Shown: positions 1 through 31,565 of the stretch, piece after piece | Layout: every line of letters begins with the position of its first letter | How positions within the stretch are numbered: the first letter of the stretch is position 1 | From: Nitrospirales bacterium | GTDB taxonomy: Bacteria > Nitrospirota > Nitrospiria > Nitrospirales > UBA8639 | Direction of reading: 5' to 3' | Assembly: GCA_965203295.1 (NCBI GenBank) | Contig: CBDBCZ010000015.1 | Span: 1-64,000, forward strand | DNA: 64,000 nucleotides | The notes under the pieces: model-generated | Database searches by the model: none | What the model was told of the DNA's origin: nothing | Seen by the model: only the letters and a program-made list of their open reading frames with translations | Made by a program: the position numbers and the translations under genes

Positions 1-111
1 TAAAGAGATAGCCAATCACATTATCCACTGTGTAATGCTGCTTTGTTACCCTCTTATATTTGTGATACATTAATTGTATACATGTATGTTTCTCAATTCT
101 ATCTGTTTCAG

Positions 112-371
112 TGCCCAGGCCAGCCATCACTGTCTCAGTTATTTCAGAAGGAAGTGATACAGCTGGAGAGTCCTATGCCCTTACCTGCATTGTAATGGAG
201 GAAATAGTGGGCCTAACAAATATGCCCTCTCTTCAGTGGCTAGATCCCTCTGATCAGGTGGTGGCTGATGGGTGCGGACCTCTCATGGTGGGGAATATAC
301 CTGCCAGGGTACACTGGAGTCACCAACTGGAACACTAAGGAATACCTCTGAACAGACTGTTACAGTACAGA
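112..371 (+). pseudogene. Frameshifted Ig cassette exon of the same receptor
   Basis: Near-identical to exon 16021-16350 but lacks the 70 nt at 16181-16250 (260 vs 330 nt). The AG and GT splice sites are still intact. Confidence 0.85.
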
Positions 372-640
372 GTAAGTGTATTGTACCAAGCTCTAGCTGT
401 CTCAGTTGTTAATACTCTATGACCAGCTATAGCCCACTCCAGGAGACTTGGACATAAGTTCAGTCCCATTTTCCGTAACCCATTCCCACAGTCCAGTCAT
501 CAATCTAGCCCACACAGCCTATATCCATGTTTATTTGGGTTGGTACTCATTTCCATTTTTTGTGCTTTATCAGCCATTTAAGGCACATATATATGTATGA
601 TATTCTCTGCCAGACATTTTTATGATCTCTTCTGCTCCAG

Positions 641-20736
<20,096 letters not shown>

Positions 20737-21046
20737 GTAACTGTAGTTGGTGATACGGATAATTGTTATAGTATGTAAGTGGTCACAGTGACTGCTGATA
20801 ATGTATGGGATTTAGTTGTCTGAGTGTAGAACGCAGTACACTATGATTGTGCATTAGTATTGTTGTTGAATGTAAAACTGCTGCTATAATGATTTAAGTG
20901 CTGAATAAACATAGGTTTAAATGCCGGCGAAATGAAATGTGGTACGTATGGAATTGGGATATGTTGGCATAGCGATATAATATATGTGATTGTAACTAAA
21001 TATAGGCCATGGACAGTACAGGAAATGAAGTTGGTTTAGGATTAAA

Positions 21047-21230
21047 CAGTGGAACCCAGCCCTCTGTTGTGGACACCTTGGGGACCTGGTGAAGTGTCCT
21101 GTATAGAGATGTGTCCTCATTTCAGGGGTAAATTTCTATTAAGAAAGCATATTTGGGACACAGCAAAGTGTCCTTAATACAGAAGTTGTTTTTTTTATTT
21201 CAAGGGTGACCTATAAGAGAGGTTCCAGTG
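21047..21230. mobile_element. Tc1/mariner-pogo-type MITE (CAGTGGAACC...GGTTCCAGTG); copies at 35328-35514 and inverted at ~51654-51828
   Basis: Short terminal inverted repeats, TA at the right end, three recognisable copies in the window. Confidence 0.75.
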
Positions 21231-22122
21231 TATAGTTGTAGTGCTTGTTTAAAGTGGTCAGCAATGAAGCTATTGTTATAGATGTAGAGATGTGCATGCA
21301 GGAAAATCATACATGTCCACCTCTTAATACGTTAACCCACCCATTTCACCCAGTTGTTATGGGGGCTGTCATATAAGCCAGGGAAACAACTTAATAAGAT
21401 AGCAAAATATTGATTTATTGTCTCGGTACCTCAAGAGGTCTCGTATAGTAACTTCTTACTTATAAACATACCACAGAACAGGTTATAGGGCAAATCTTGT
21501 GCATGCCTCACAGGACCTGCATGGTGCTCTAGGTATCCAGCTCAGATTTCATGGCACGCATGAATGTCTTTTAGTTATCCATGGCTGTATAAAATACTCA
21601 GGCATGGCATAATTATGGCATGCATGCCTCTGACATTGTGAGCAGGTCTGCTCCTAGGGTGAAAATATTTCTACCGTGTGCACTTGATAGTGTTTCAGTA
21701 TGATATATGTCTGGCACTCATGCTTCCTTTATAATTTTCACTATAATTATCACAAGCGGTTAGAGACAGTATGTTAGCGTGAGCATGCACGCGCATGCAC
21801 ACTTGTGAACTAGTGAATAGCTTGAAAATCATTTGCCTTTATTGTTAAACTAGTCAGCATGCAACCAGTGTTCATTATAATAATTTCAATATATTTGCAA
21901 TTTTCTCCACTATTAAGCCAATTTTTAGCTAATCTTTTGGAAATGTTAATTGTAGACAGAGAAATCTTCGCCTGGATGGCAATCGTTTTTCCATGGCTTT
22001 GTATACCTGATAGTCTCGCAGGCCAATCGCGAGACTATAATACCTGACTAGTTTTACTGGCAAGTGCTACTAGCGGGTTTAGTGGCTATATAAAGCTTGC
22101 CTACTGCTCCTCTGCCAAGGGG

Positions 22123-22196
22123 GCTCCAGTAGCTCAATTGGTAAGAGCATCTGACTAGTATTCAGAAGGTCCTGGGTTCAATCCCCAGCTGGGTCC
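22123..22196 (+). tRNA. tRNA-Thr(AGT)-like sequence (possibly a pseudo-tRNA or part of a mobile element)
   Basis: Cloverleaf: D arm GCTC-AATTGGTAA-GAGC, anticodon arm TCTGA-CTAGTAT-TCAGA (AGT at 22157-22159), T arm CTGGG-TTCAATC-CCCAG. The acceptor stem has one mismatch and one G-T pair. TATATAAA lies ~35 nt upstream and a T5 run follows. Confidence 0.65.
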
Positions 22197-22578
22197 CGAT
22201 TTTTCGGGATTTCTTTACTCTCTCAGTAAGCTTTCTTCTCTTGAAGAGTTCACAATGTATATTATGTAATTTTGCTGTCTCAACAGGTCATTATGGAGTT
22301 AGATCAAGGACTAAATTCATCATTGAATGAGGTCAAAAATCTTCCAGTTAGCTGTGCCGAGGGTTCGGCACATCAGTGCTTTTCATTTAATAACCGGTTG
22401 GCAGCCATTATTGAATGTGTCGCCTTGATTAAAAAAAAAAAGCAGGCAAATCAATTGCAACGACAGTATCTACAATGCGATATCAATGGCAGCAATAAAG
22501 TTCACTATACACACGTACTAACTATACTAATTCAACCAGTTCAATCAGTCATCAAGGTCCGAGTTCACAGACGGTTAG

Positions 22579-22912
22579 TTAGGTGTTGCCGGTGAGCATC
22601 GCAATCCCGAAGGAGTCGATATCACCTCCTGCCTTCCCGAAGATTCCGTTCAATTTACCGTTGCCAACGGGAACGTTGACCTCGTCGGCTGCGCAGGGAC
22701 AGTAGTTGCAAGCAAAAGCCTCCGCAGTCTTCTTGTTGGTTTCGAGCTTCAAACCAGCGAAACGACCATTTCCAAAATTACTGGAGTACAGTAAAACTTT
22801 CGTCAGCTTTTCATCTTCATCAAGGGTGATAGTAACAGGATTTTGGTCAGTAAAGGTGCCAAGTTTCAAAATAGACGAATCGTGTCTTTCAAAGGCAACA
22901 CCCCGCATTCGC
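22579..22912 (-). pseudogene. 5'-truncated jacalin-like lectin copy
   Basis: Matches the C-terminal ~110 aa of ORF 23350-23823. Its 5' end is replaced at 22913 by a duplicate of the sequence starting at ~21212. Confidence 0.85.
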
Positions 22913-23349
22913 TATAAGAGAGGTTCCAGTGTAGTTGTAGTGCTTGTTTAAAGTGGTCAGCAATGAAGCTATTGTTATAGATGTAAAATCATTCGCCTTT
23001 ATTGTTAAACTAGTCAGCATGCAACCAGTATTCATTATAATAATTTCAATATATTTGCAATTTTCTCCACTATTAAGATCAAGGACTAAATTCATCATTG
23101 AATGAGGTCAAAAATCTTCCAGTTAGCTGTGCCGAGGGTTCGGCACATCAGTGCTTTTCATTTAACCGGTTGGCAGCCATTATTGAATGTGTCGCCTTAA
23201 TTAAAAAAAAAAGCAGGCAAATCAATTGCAACGACAGTATCTACAATGCGATATCAATGGCAGCAATAAAGTTCACTATACACATGTACTAACTATACTA
23301 ATTCAACCAGTTCAATCAGTCATCAAGGTCCGAGTTCACAGACGGTTAG

Positions 23350-23823
23350 TTAGGTGTTGCCGGTGAGCATCGCAATCCCGAAGGAGTCGATATCACCTCC
23401 TGCCTTCCCGAAGATTCCGTTCCATTTACCGTTGCCAACGGGAACGTTGACCTCGTCGCCTGCGCAGGGACAGTAGTTGCAAGCAAAAGCCTCCGCAGTC
23501 TTCTTGTTGGTTTCGAGCTTCAAACCAGCGAAACGACCATTTTCAAAATTACTGGAGTACAGTAAAACTTTTGTCAGCCTTTCATCTTCCTCAAGGGTGA
23601 TAGTAACAGGATTTTGGTCAGTAAAGGTGCCAAGTTTCAAAATAGACGAATCGTATCTTTCGAAAGAAACACCCCGCATTCGCTTTTCATCTCGGTAGAG
23701 TGTGATTTGCTTAGCCACCTCAGGCCAAGTTGCTATGAGGCTGTAGGGGTTTCCACCGGGACCCCCGACTGAAACATTGCTGGTGTACCGCACCAGGCTC
23801 ACGTACTCCTGCACGTTCTGCAT
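23350..23823 (-). CDS. Intronless jacalin-like (beta-prism) lectin, 157 aa
   Basis: N-terminal VGGPGG and C-terminal GIFGKAGGDIDSFG sugar-binding motifs; RFAGLKLETNK strand. Resembles the lectin module of natterin-like/Dln1 proteins. No signal peptide. Confidence 0.85.
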   Translation of the reverse strand: MQNVQEYVSLVRYTSNVSVGGPGGNPYSLIATWPEVAKQITLYRDEKRMRGVSFERYDSSILKLGTFTDQNPVTITLEEDERLTKVLLYSSNFENGRFAGLKLETNKKTAEAFACNYCPCAGDEVNVPVGNGKWNGIFGKAGGDIDSFGIAMLTGNT

Positions 23824-23883
23824 CGTCTCCGTTCAATTTAGAAAAGCAAAAACTGCGGATTTGTACACAGTTGAGTCTTTTAT

Positions 23884-26800
23884 TATATATACCAAGCGTG
23901 ACACATGAAGAGGGACGCGCTTGCGCAGCTCCTGAGAGACAGACTAAACAGCGGTTACAGGTTGGATTTTTGTGGTGTGTTTTTGGGTAGACAGTTTTGA
24001 TAGCCTGTTGGGGTCCCAGGTAGTGAATTTGGTTAACTTCTGAGCCTTCTGCCTGCATCTGCGTGTGTGAATTTCTAACCAGTCACTTTAGTGACTACTT
24101 CCCAGCCTCAAATAGTCTCAGATCCCCGTTTTTGTGTATACAATTCGTGTAGAGTGTGTAGGGGTTACAAGCTAGCGGGGAGATTGGAAGGTTTCCAATG
24201 GTTGTGTCCCAAGTGCATAGATGACTGGAGGTCCACGAAACTTTTAGTTTTGGACCTCGCTAGTGAGGTTGAAGTGCTGCGGGCAGAAGCCTCTAAAGTC
24301 CCACTTTTAGAGCAAACACTGAAGGAGCTTCAAACCTCAGTACAAAAGCTATCCGGCGTTATTGAATTCTTGACTTCAGATCCTCCCTCGGCTTCGACCC
24401 CTCCCTTCTTGCCTATGGGAATAAACCCGCACATCCCAGTGTCCCCAAACAGGTTCGTAGTTCCAGACGAGGGTTCTGTTTTTGCAGAAACAGTCAACCC
24501 AACCCCCCAGGCAAACCCTCCTTGTAAGAGAACAACTTCTCGCACCCCACTGGCCTCGAAAGCCAGCACCCAGGCCCCCAACCCTGTTCCACCCACCTCC
24601 CATGACCTTCGTCCAAATGATTTGGCCCAATCCGCCACCTCTGACGATCCATGCCCTGCAATCACCCAGGCCAAACCAAAGATACAGATAGATACCCATC
24701 CAGTCACCCTCTACCTACGGAATATACTCAAACCCCTAGGCATCCAGGAAATCAGGGACACGGTGGAAAAAGCAGGGATTAGGGCTGCAGACTTTAGCAT
24801 CACACCAGCCCTTGCTGATGCCAGCTTTACAGGAACAAGAAACTTTGTAAAAATCTCATTTGACAGCCTTTATTCTTGCAACTCCCTAGACCAGGCTCTA
24901 AAAGGTAATTACTTAAGCTTCAGCTCCCGTGGTTTCTTAGTCTGTCCCCTCCCCAACTCAGGAAACCTCTTAGGGCACAAGATCATTCTTTTTTAGCAAC
25001 ACAACGACCAACCGCCCCCACGGCGGAGCACAATCCCACCCCTAATGAGCCTCAAGCTGCCCCCCCCCCTTCCAACACAAGCAGCTCAATATACCAGGGT
25101 GTCTACACAGAACCCAAAACTGCCGCCCCAGAAGAAAAACCAGATTCCTGCTCTGATGAGCCTACAGCTTCCTGCTCTACCAGTGCATGTAGCCCACAGC
25201 ATATCACACCCCCAGTCCACCCTGCACAATCCCTCGCCTGCAGCTTCCCCCACTCCCCACCAGTGCAACCTTTCAATAGGTGTCTGGAATGTATGTGGGT
25301 GGAGCTTAGACCCTGCCCAGAAACTACGTTAGAACGTAATTAAGGCCCTTACTTTGGATATTGTATGTGTGTGTGTGAAACGTTTTTAAGGGATGATCAA
25401 ACCATTAGTGTAGAAGGTTACAGCTGGTATGGGAATAATCGTAAATCCATTTCAAAGAGAGCCCTTAGGGTGTCGGGAGGAGTAGGAGTACTAGTAAAGC
25501 AATCTCTCTTGGACCAATATACTGTTGTGACTTTATCAGATGAGTATGATGGTATCCTATGGCTGAAGTTACTCAATAGGCAGAATGGAAGGCAGGTTGG
25601 TATTTGCATATGCTATTTCCCACCGATAGGATCCTCAAGGGGAAACAAATCCCCGGAATTTTTTGACACCCTCAAAGCCCTGATTATAGACAACTATCAA
25701 TGGGAGAATTCCTTGTATGTGGTGACTTTAATGCCAGATGTGGTATCTTAGACGATGCTCCAAACCCAGACAACATTCCAATTAGAGTTCCGGTGGATAA
25801 AACCAGTAATCAGGTTGGAAAGAGTTGGTTGAAATGCTTCGTGCACTGGAACTATGCCTACTTAATGGACGTTTTGACCCCACCAAGGATAATTTTACCT
25901 CTGTCTCCTCTAAAGGTGTATCTGTAGTTGATTATTGCATGCATTACCCCCACCACAGCCACCACAGTTTAACAATTTTCAGGTGCATGACATCCATGCC
26001 ATTATTGTTTCTGATGATATACCTATCGACTCTGCTATCCCGGACCATAGACTACTTACTGTGGAAATTAGACAATCCCTCATCCCATTACGAAAAAGTA
26101 GTTGTAAAAAGCCTGTGACCATAAGAAGATCCCACTTGATTATATGCAGAATACGATAGCTTACGATAGCTATGGAGAAAGTGAGGTCACTTACCACACA
26201 ATTGTCCTCTGACAACATGTCTGTTGATATAAATGGGAGTTACGATTCCTTCTGCAAACTAATTGATGAACAATTGGAAATAAGACTTTTAATCATTCAA
26301 AGGGGTCTCAAAATTACAATAAAGCATAATGGTGGAATGAGGAGCTGAGGACCTTATAGCTAAAGAGGTGAGACGTACCCTTAAAGCATGGGAAGGGGAC
26401 AAATCCAACAACATCCTTAAGATAGCATACCTGTGTAGCCAGAGAAACTTTAGCAGTCAAGTACGTAAGAGTAAGCGACAGTTCAGAAGGGAAAGGCAGA
26501 TGAAGCTTTTGGAACTACAGAAATCTAAGCCCAAGGAATTCTTAAACAGTCTAAAATAAGACGTCACGTTTGTGTATAATTTATCGCTAGACGTATTTTA
26601 TATGGGGCCTTATGGCGGCGCCAGCGGGGCGGGAAGGCCCAAAAATGGAGCATCGCGTCTGCGTTCATATACAGGGTCAACTACTCATGATCTACCAGCA
26701 GTTGTACAAACAGCAGATGGTTCACTGGTAGATACACCTGGTGAAGTTTTAAAGGCGTGGAAGGAATACTTCTGTAATCTCCTGAATCCTAAAACCACGT

Positions 26801-28057
26801 TACTGTAGTGGCTTAATACAAGACCCTGCCCATAATATTAACTCTCTACATCTTGATGCATTAAAATTAAATGAAAGCCTCTCTTATGAGGAGATTAGAA
26901 GGTCTGTATTTGCCAATGGGGATGCCAAATCTCCAGGCTGTGATCAAATTAAGCCCCTTTTCATCAAAAATGAAACTTGTGTCCACTACCTGCACTCTCT
27001 TTTCAATTATTGTTTTCAGAATGGAGTGGTTCCGACTGCATGGTCCAAGACCATTATCAAACCAATCCCCAAGGCGGACCCTGCCTCACAATGCCCATCA
27101 GACTATAGGGGAATATCTCTCCAGTCTTTTGTCACAAAGACATACTGTAGGATACTAAACTCCCGGTTGAGAGATTGGCTTGAAGAAAATGGTGCCCTTA
27201 GTGATGAGCAGAATGGCTTCAGGTCTGACAGGAACTGTCAGGATCATATTTTTGTCCTTACATGTACATCAATAATTGAAAATCGCATGGCCAAAAAGGA
27301 AGATAATTGCTTTATTGCCTTCAAAAAGGCATTTGATTGCGTCAGTTGAGATCTCCTCTGGAGAAAATTAGAAACAAGGTTTTGTCTGTCAGGCAACATG
27401 CTTCTAGCAATAAAAACTTGTATGAAGATGTTAGGTGTTCCGTTAGTGTAAATCAAGCTCTCACTGATTGGTTTGATGTGAATAGTGGGGTGAAACGGGG
27501 TTGTATCTTGTCACCCACACTCTTTGCCATGTTTATTGATGATTTAGTACAAGAGATCAATGCTAGACAGCTTGGATTTAACTGCCAGACGTGTACTTTG
27601 TCAACCCTATTGTATGCTGACGATATAGTTCTCGTCGCTCCCTCAGCGGAGAATCTACAACGACTAATTAATGTGGTGGCAGATTGGTGTTCAACATGGG
27701 GTATGAACCTAGCCCTTAAAAAAAACGAATATAGTTCATTTTCGCAAGAAGTTATGATCTAAACCTAGATCATCTGTTCGCTTCACGTACAATGAAGAAG
27801 AAATACAATATGTTTCCCAGTATAAATATTTAGGCCTCCCTTTAAATGAACACTTGGACTGGAAGGTTTGTTTGGATGGTGTAATCAATAAGGCCAACAG
27901 GGCACTGGACACTCCTGAATCATAGGTCAAGGGCAGTAGGAGGTTTTCATTTTGACACCTATACACTTCTTTTTAAGCAGCTAGTGCAACCAATTATTCT
28001 AACATATGCATGCATATGGGGGCGTAAGGATTCTCCAGGAATTCTGAGCATCCAATA
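23884..28057 (+). mobile_element. Decayed non-LTR retrotransposon (LINE; PHD-type ORF1, APE-RT ORF2), 3'-truncated
   Basis: ORF1 from ~24091 has a C..C...FQWLCPKC zinc finger, coiled coil and RRM-like VTLYLRNI. ORF2 fragments show APE motifs (VWNVCG, CVCETFL, SGGVG, CGDFNAR, VVDY, PDH) and RT motifs (IIKPIPK, DYRGISL, EQNGFR, KKAFD, GVKRGCILSPTLF, YADD, YKYLG). Many frameshifts and stops. Confidence 0.92.
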
Positions 28058-28151
28058 TACCCTACCCCCCCCCCCCCCCACTTGTATTCTGTACAGAAAG
28101 TCTGACTAATTTTCCACTGGTATCATGTGTATGTGATGTCTGGTTATTACT

Positions 28152-29866
28152 CTGTAATATTCTCCACTTCACCCTTGTTTCTATAGTAACAGGTGGGTAA
28201 TAAATCCCATATACTGACAGGAAGTTGTTGATTATGTTTCATATACTCCAGCCCTCAGGGTAATATACATGTACAACATACAGCACATCAGACAGTTACT
28301 ATACATGCATGCAGTCACTAGTATACAATAATGACTACAGGTTGGGAAGGGTATCCAGAGCGTCAGACAAGATGTGGTCCAATTCTGCATCAGTGAGAAC
28401 TGGTAGTTGCTCTGACTGCTTTGATTGAGGGGGTTGCATAATGTTTATGGTGCAGCCTTTCAAGTCCTGAAAACTGACGTTAACAGTAGGGCATGTTGAA
28501 GGACACTGGACGTCAATGTGCGACTGATTGACCTTTGTCAGATGTTGCTGAAAGGTGGAGTGGCTTCGTGTAGAAGAAAGAAGGGATGAAACAGCTTGCT
28601 GCTGGTGAGTGGTAGTGCGCTCGGTCCTCTCCTGTATAAGCTTCTCGGGTACATCTGCTTGGTAAAGTCCGTTGCAGCTGTGGCACGTAGGCTGTGATTA
28701 GTTTTGTGCCCTTGGATTCCTGCTCTCTCACACATCACCTTGACCTTGTTATTTAAGGTGTGTTTTCCAACTGGCACAGTTGCGTACCATGGCACACTTG
28801 GATCAGCAGGCACTTCTTGCAGAGAACGAACATAAAAACATCCTTCTGTATAGCTTCCTGAGGTAGCTTCCTAAGGTATAAATCCAAAAGGAAGACATGG
28901 CAGCGCTCTCCAGCATCTGGGCAAGCGTAGATTGGTACCACCTTGCTTTGGAGGTGGAGTTGTTGGTACGTCCCAGACTGGTTCTTGGGAACGTATTCGT
29001 GGTAGATGTACCCACTGGGCTCAAACGTGCGTTGCAGCTGTCAGTTCTCGGTGCTCGACACCTCCTCGCAAGCAGAAGTTTTTCCCATTGTAATAGAAGA
29101 CAGCATTCTGAAGGGCCTTTGGATGCTTTGTTCCAAGCTCCCCGCTATCCCAGAGCTGGTTCTCATCTTGCTTTGTGATGACTGCTTCACTTGCCGTCCA
29201 GCCCCACCCTCGTGCAAGCGGCGGAAAAGATTGTCCAAAGTTCCATGGAGCTCTTTGAAGGTTGGGTTCTTCTTATCGAGAAACCTAGCAGCAACAGGGT
29301 TGAGAGCTAGCATATGGCGCTGCAAACCACACAGTAAATTGTGTATGGTTGCTGGTGGATAAACGCGCCCCTTTTCACCACGAGTCTCCACGGCATAGCA
29401 CGAGAGCCACTTGTTCAACAAGGGGGCATCTCCCGACGAGAGTAGCTCAATAGAGGGAGGAGCTGGGTCTTGGGGGCGGTGCTCATTACACCACTTCTGC
29501 CACTCCTCGAAGTTATCGACCGTCCATTTGTTGGCCTTCTCCGTGCTCTTCGGCGTGTAGCCAGCTGATAGTTTCTCAGCTTCATCGTTGGTTAGAATCG
29601 ACGCGAAACGACTGTTTTGTCTACAGCATTCCGTCCACTCGGGTAAACCAAGACAAGTCGGAGAACCGCACCGAGCCATCGCTATAGCACTGTACTAATT
29701 TCGGTTACCATGTTGGTTGTTACCATGGATCTAAAGAACCAATCCGCATAAGAATATAACAGATAAACCGCGGTAGCCAGGGATTTATGGCCATAAACAG
29801 CCCTCGCCCTCGGGCTGGGGCAGTTTATGGACCATAAATCCCTGGCTACTGCGGTTTATCTATTAA
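28152..29866 (-). mobile_element. Crypton (tyrosine-recombinase, DUF3504/ZMYM-like) DNA transposon, inactivated
   Basis: Frameshifted ORF 29679 to 28335 with LNKWLSCYAVETRGEKGRVYPPATIHNLLCGLQR, VFYYNGKNFCLRGGVEHREL, PWYATVPVGKHTL and TNHSLRATAAT. Terminal hairpin at 29761-29861. Absent from the paralogous site at ~17865. Confidence 0.88.
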
Positions 29867-29942
29867 TTGGTTACTGGTTATAGTCATGGGTTTCTTTTTA
29901 AGTCACTGTAACAAAAATGATTGCTTTTTTCCTTCTCTCCAG

Positions 29943-31463
29943 CTCTACCAACACCCGTGGTGACTTTCAGAAGGTCTCCTCTGGCCATACTCAATCGGAT
30001 GTACACACTCACTTGCAGTGTAGAGGTAGTAGAGGGTATACGGTTCCTCCTGTTGTAACATGGATGAGTGCAGACAATACACCTGTCACTGAGAGAGAGA
30101 GAAATGTGTGTGTATCTTGTGCGTGCAATGATAAACCCGTGACAATGCTACATGTATGCACATTGCAGGTATATATGTTGATTCTTCTTATATGTAAAGA
30201 TTACTCCTTGAGAAAAGGGAATAAATTGAAGAGAGGATATAAGTATCTTTGCTACTGTTACCATGCCCTTTTCTTCTTTCAGCGCCAAATATTGATACCG
30301 TAGGTTGTACTAGTACATCTGATACTGAGCTGAGTGTGGAGTGGACTGAGGCAACAGCAACACGAGATGCTTGCGATCGAGATGCATGGGGGTGCTGAAT
30401 ATATAACAACATACGAAGTGGATGTGCTACAACATGTGCAAAATGATAACACTATATCTACCGTGTTTTTCAATGAGATGGAGTACCCCAGAGATGTCGA
30501 TATTTCCCAATTAAAGACTTCAGTGACAGGCCTAGGTAAGTGTTGCTATATTGTACTAACCACATAAAACACCTCCCCCCACACACATGCACACACACAA
30601 ATGTATAAGGGGAATCTGATGGACTTTGTCATGCAGTATGAGTGTATTTGTTCATGCTAGAGTGGAGCTGCACCAGGTTTAAAATTCAACCCCCTAGCTA
30701 GAATTGGACAGTATCATAAACAGGTTACACACTCCAGCAAATCTCAAAATATATGTACCATGCATCATGTAAAATCCCCACCTACCAACATTTCTTTACC
30801 TTTGTGGCTGTGTGTTGAGTGGGGAACTTTGCTTATGTTCATCTCTATGGATAGGATATAGCTAATCATTATGTACCTATAGTACCTGGAGTTCCATACC
30901 AATTAGAGCTGCCAGCCTGGGGGGCTTTGGGAGCCCTGCTGTTGAGATCTGCTTCTCCAGACAATTAGGTGAGTTCTCAAGCATGCCTTGCAGCCTATAT
31001 TCTGGACATGGAATGTGGGCATGTAAGTTTATACATCATGCAAACTTGTATAATAGACACTGATGGTTATTATAAAGCTGAATTGGTATTTCTACTACCG
31101 GGTCTCAGTAAAACCCAGAGACCTGTAATTGACTTACACTGTACTCTAATATGCATACATATACAGAGCTACCAGCTGTAAACGGCATATCTGTGGAAAG
31201 GGTGACTACTACTGCAATGATCGTCTTCTGGACACCCCTCACCCTGGTGCAGGCCAGGGGCTTTGTTAGATACAGGGTCAGTTACAGACCTCTGAACAGC
31301 CAGAAGAGGCAGGAAGTTAGTGTGGTAGTGAGTGGCGACCAAGGCTCTGTGGCTATCAGTGAGCTGTTTCCAGGGGTATCATATGATGTCGTGGTAGTAC
31401 CATTCAACACTGAACCAAGTGGGCAGGAACTGGCAGGCTCCCCAAGTAGTGCAGTTGCTCCAA
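29943..31463 (+). pseudogene. Pseudogenised duplicate of the receptor's membrane-proximal exons (Ig + 2 FN3)
   Basis: 28060-31565 aligns to ~17785-19995. The first exon copy is frameshifted and deleted into the GA repeat, the second has a +4 insertion, the third a 7-nt deletion. Only 31167-31463 is open. TM and tail exons are missing. Confidence 0.9.
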
Positions 31464-31565
31464 GTAAGATTGCATAGTGTGCATTCAATTGCCGTTACTA
31501 CTTTTCAGCTTGTATTTGCATGGGCATAGCTTCCAGTGTTATAGCTTGCAGTATCAATTAGCCGA

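Noticed and set aside
21859..22047. Hydrophobic short ORF conserved at 36143-36385
   Set aside because: Similarity is explained by the recent segmental duplication; AT-rich, with no family features.
22579..23823. Lectins as aerolysin-type toxins
   Set aside because: Stop codon directly after the lectin module and no pore-forming domain downstream.
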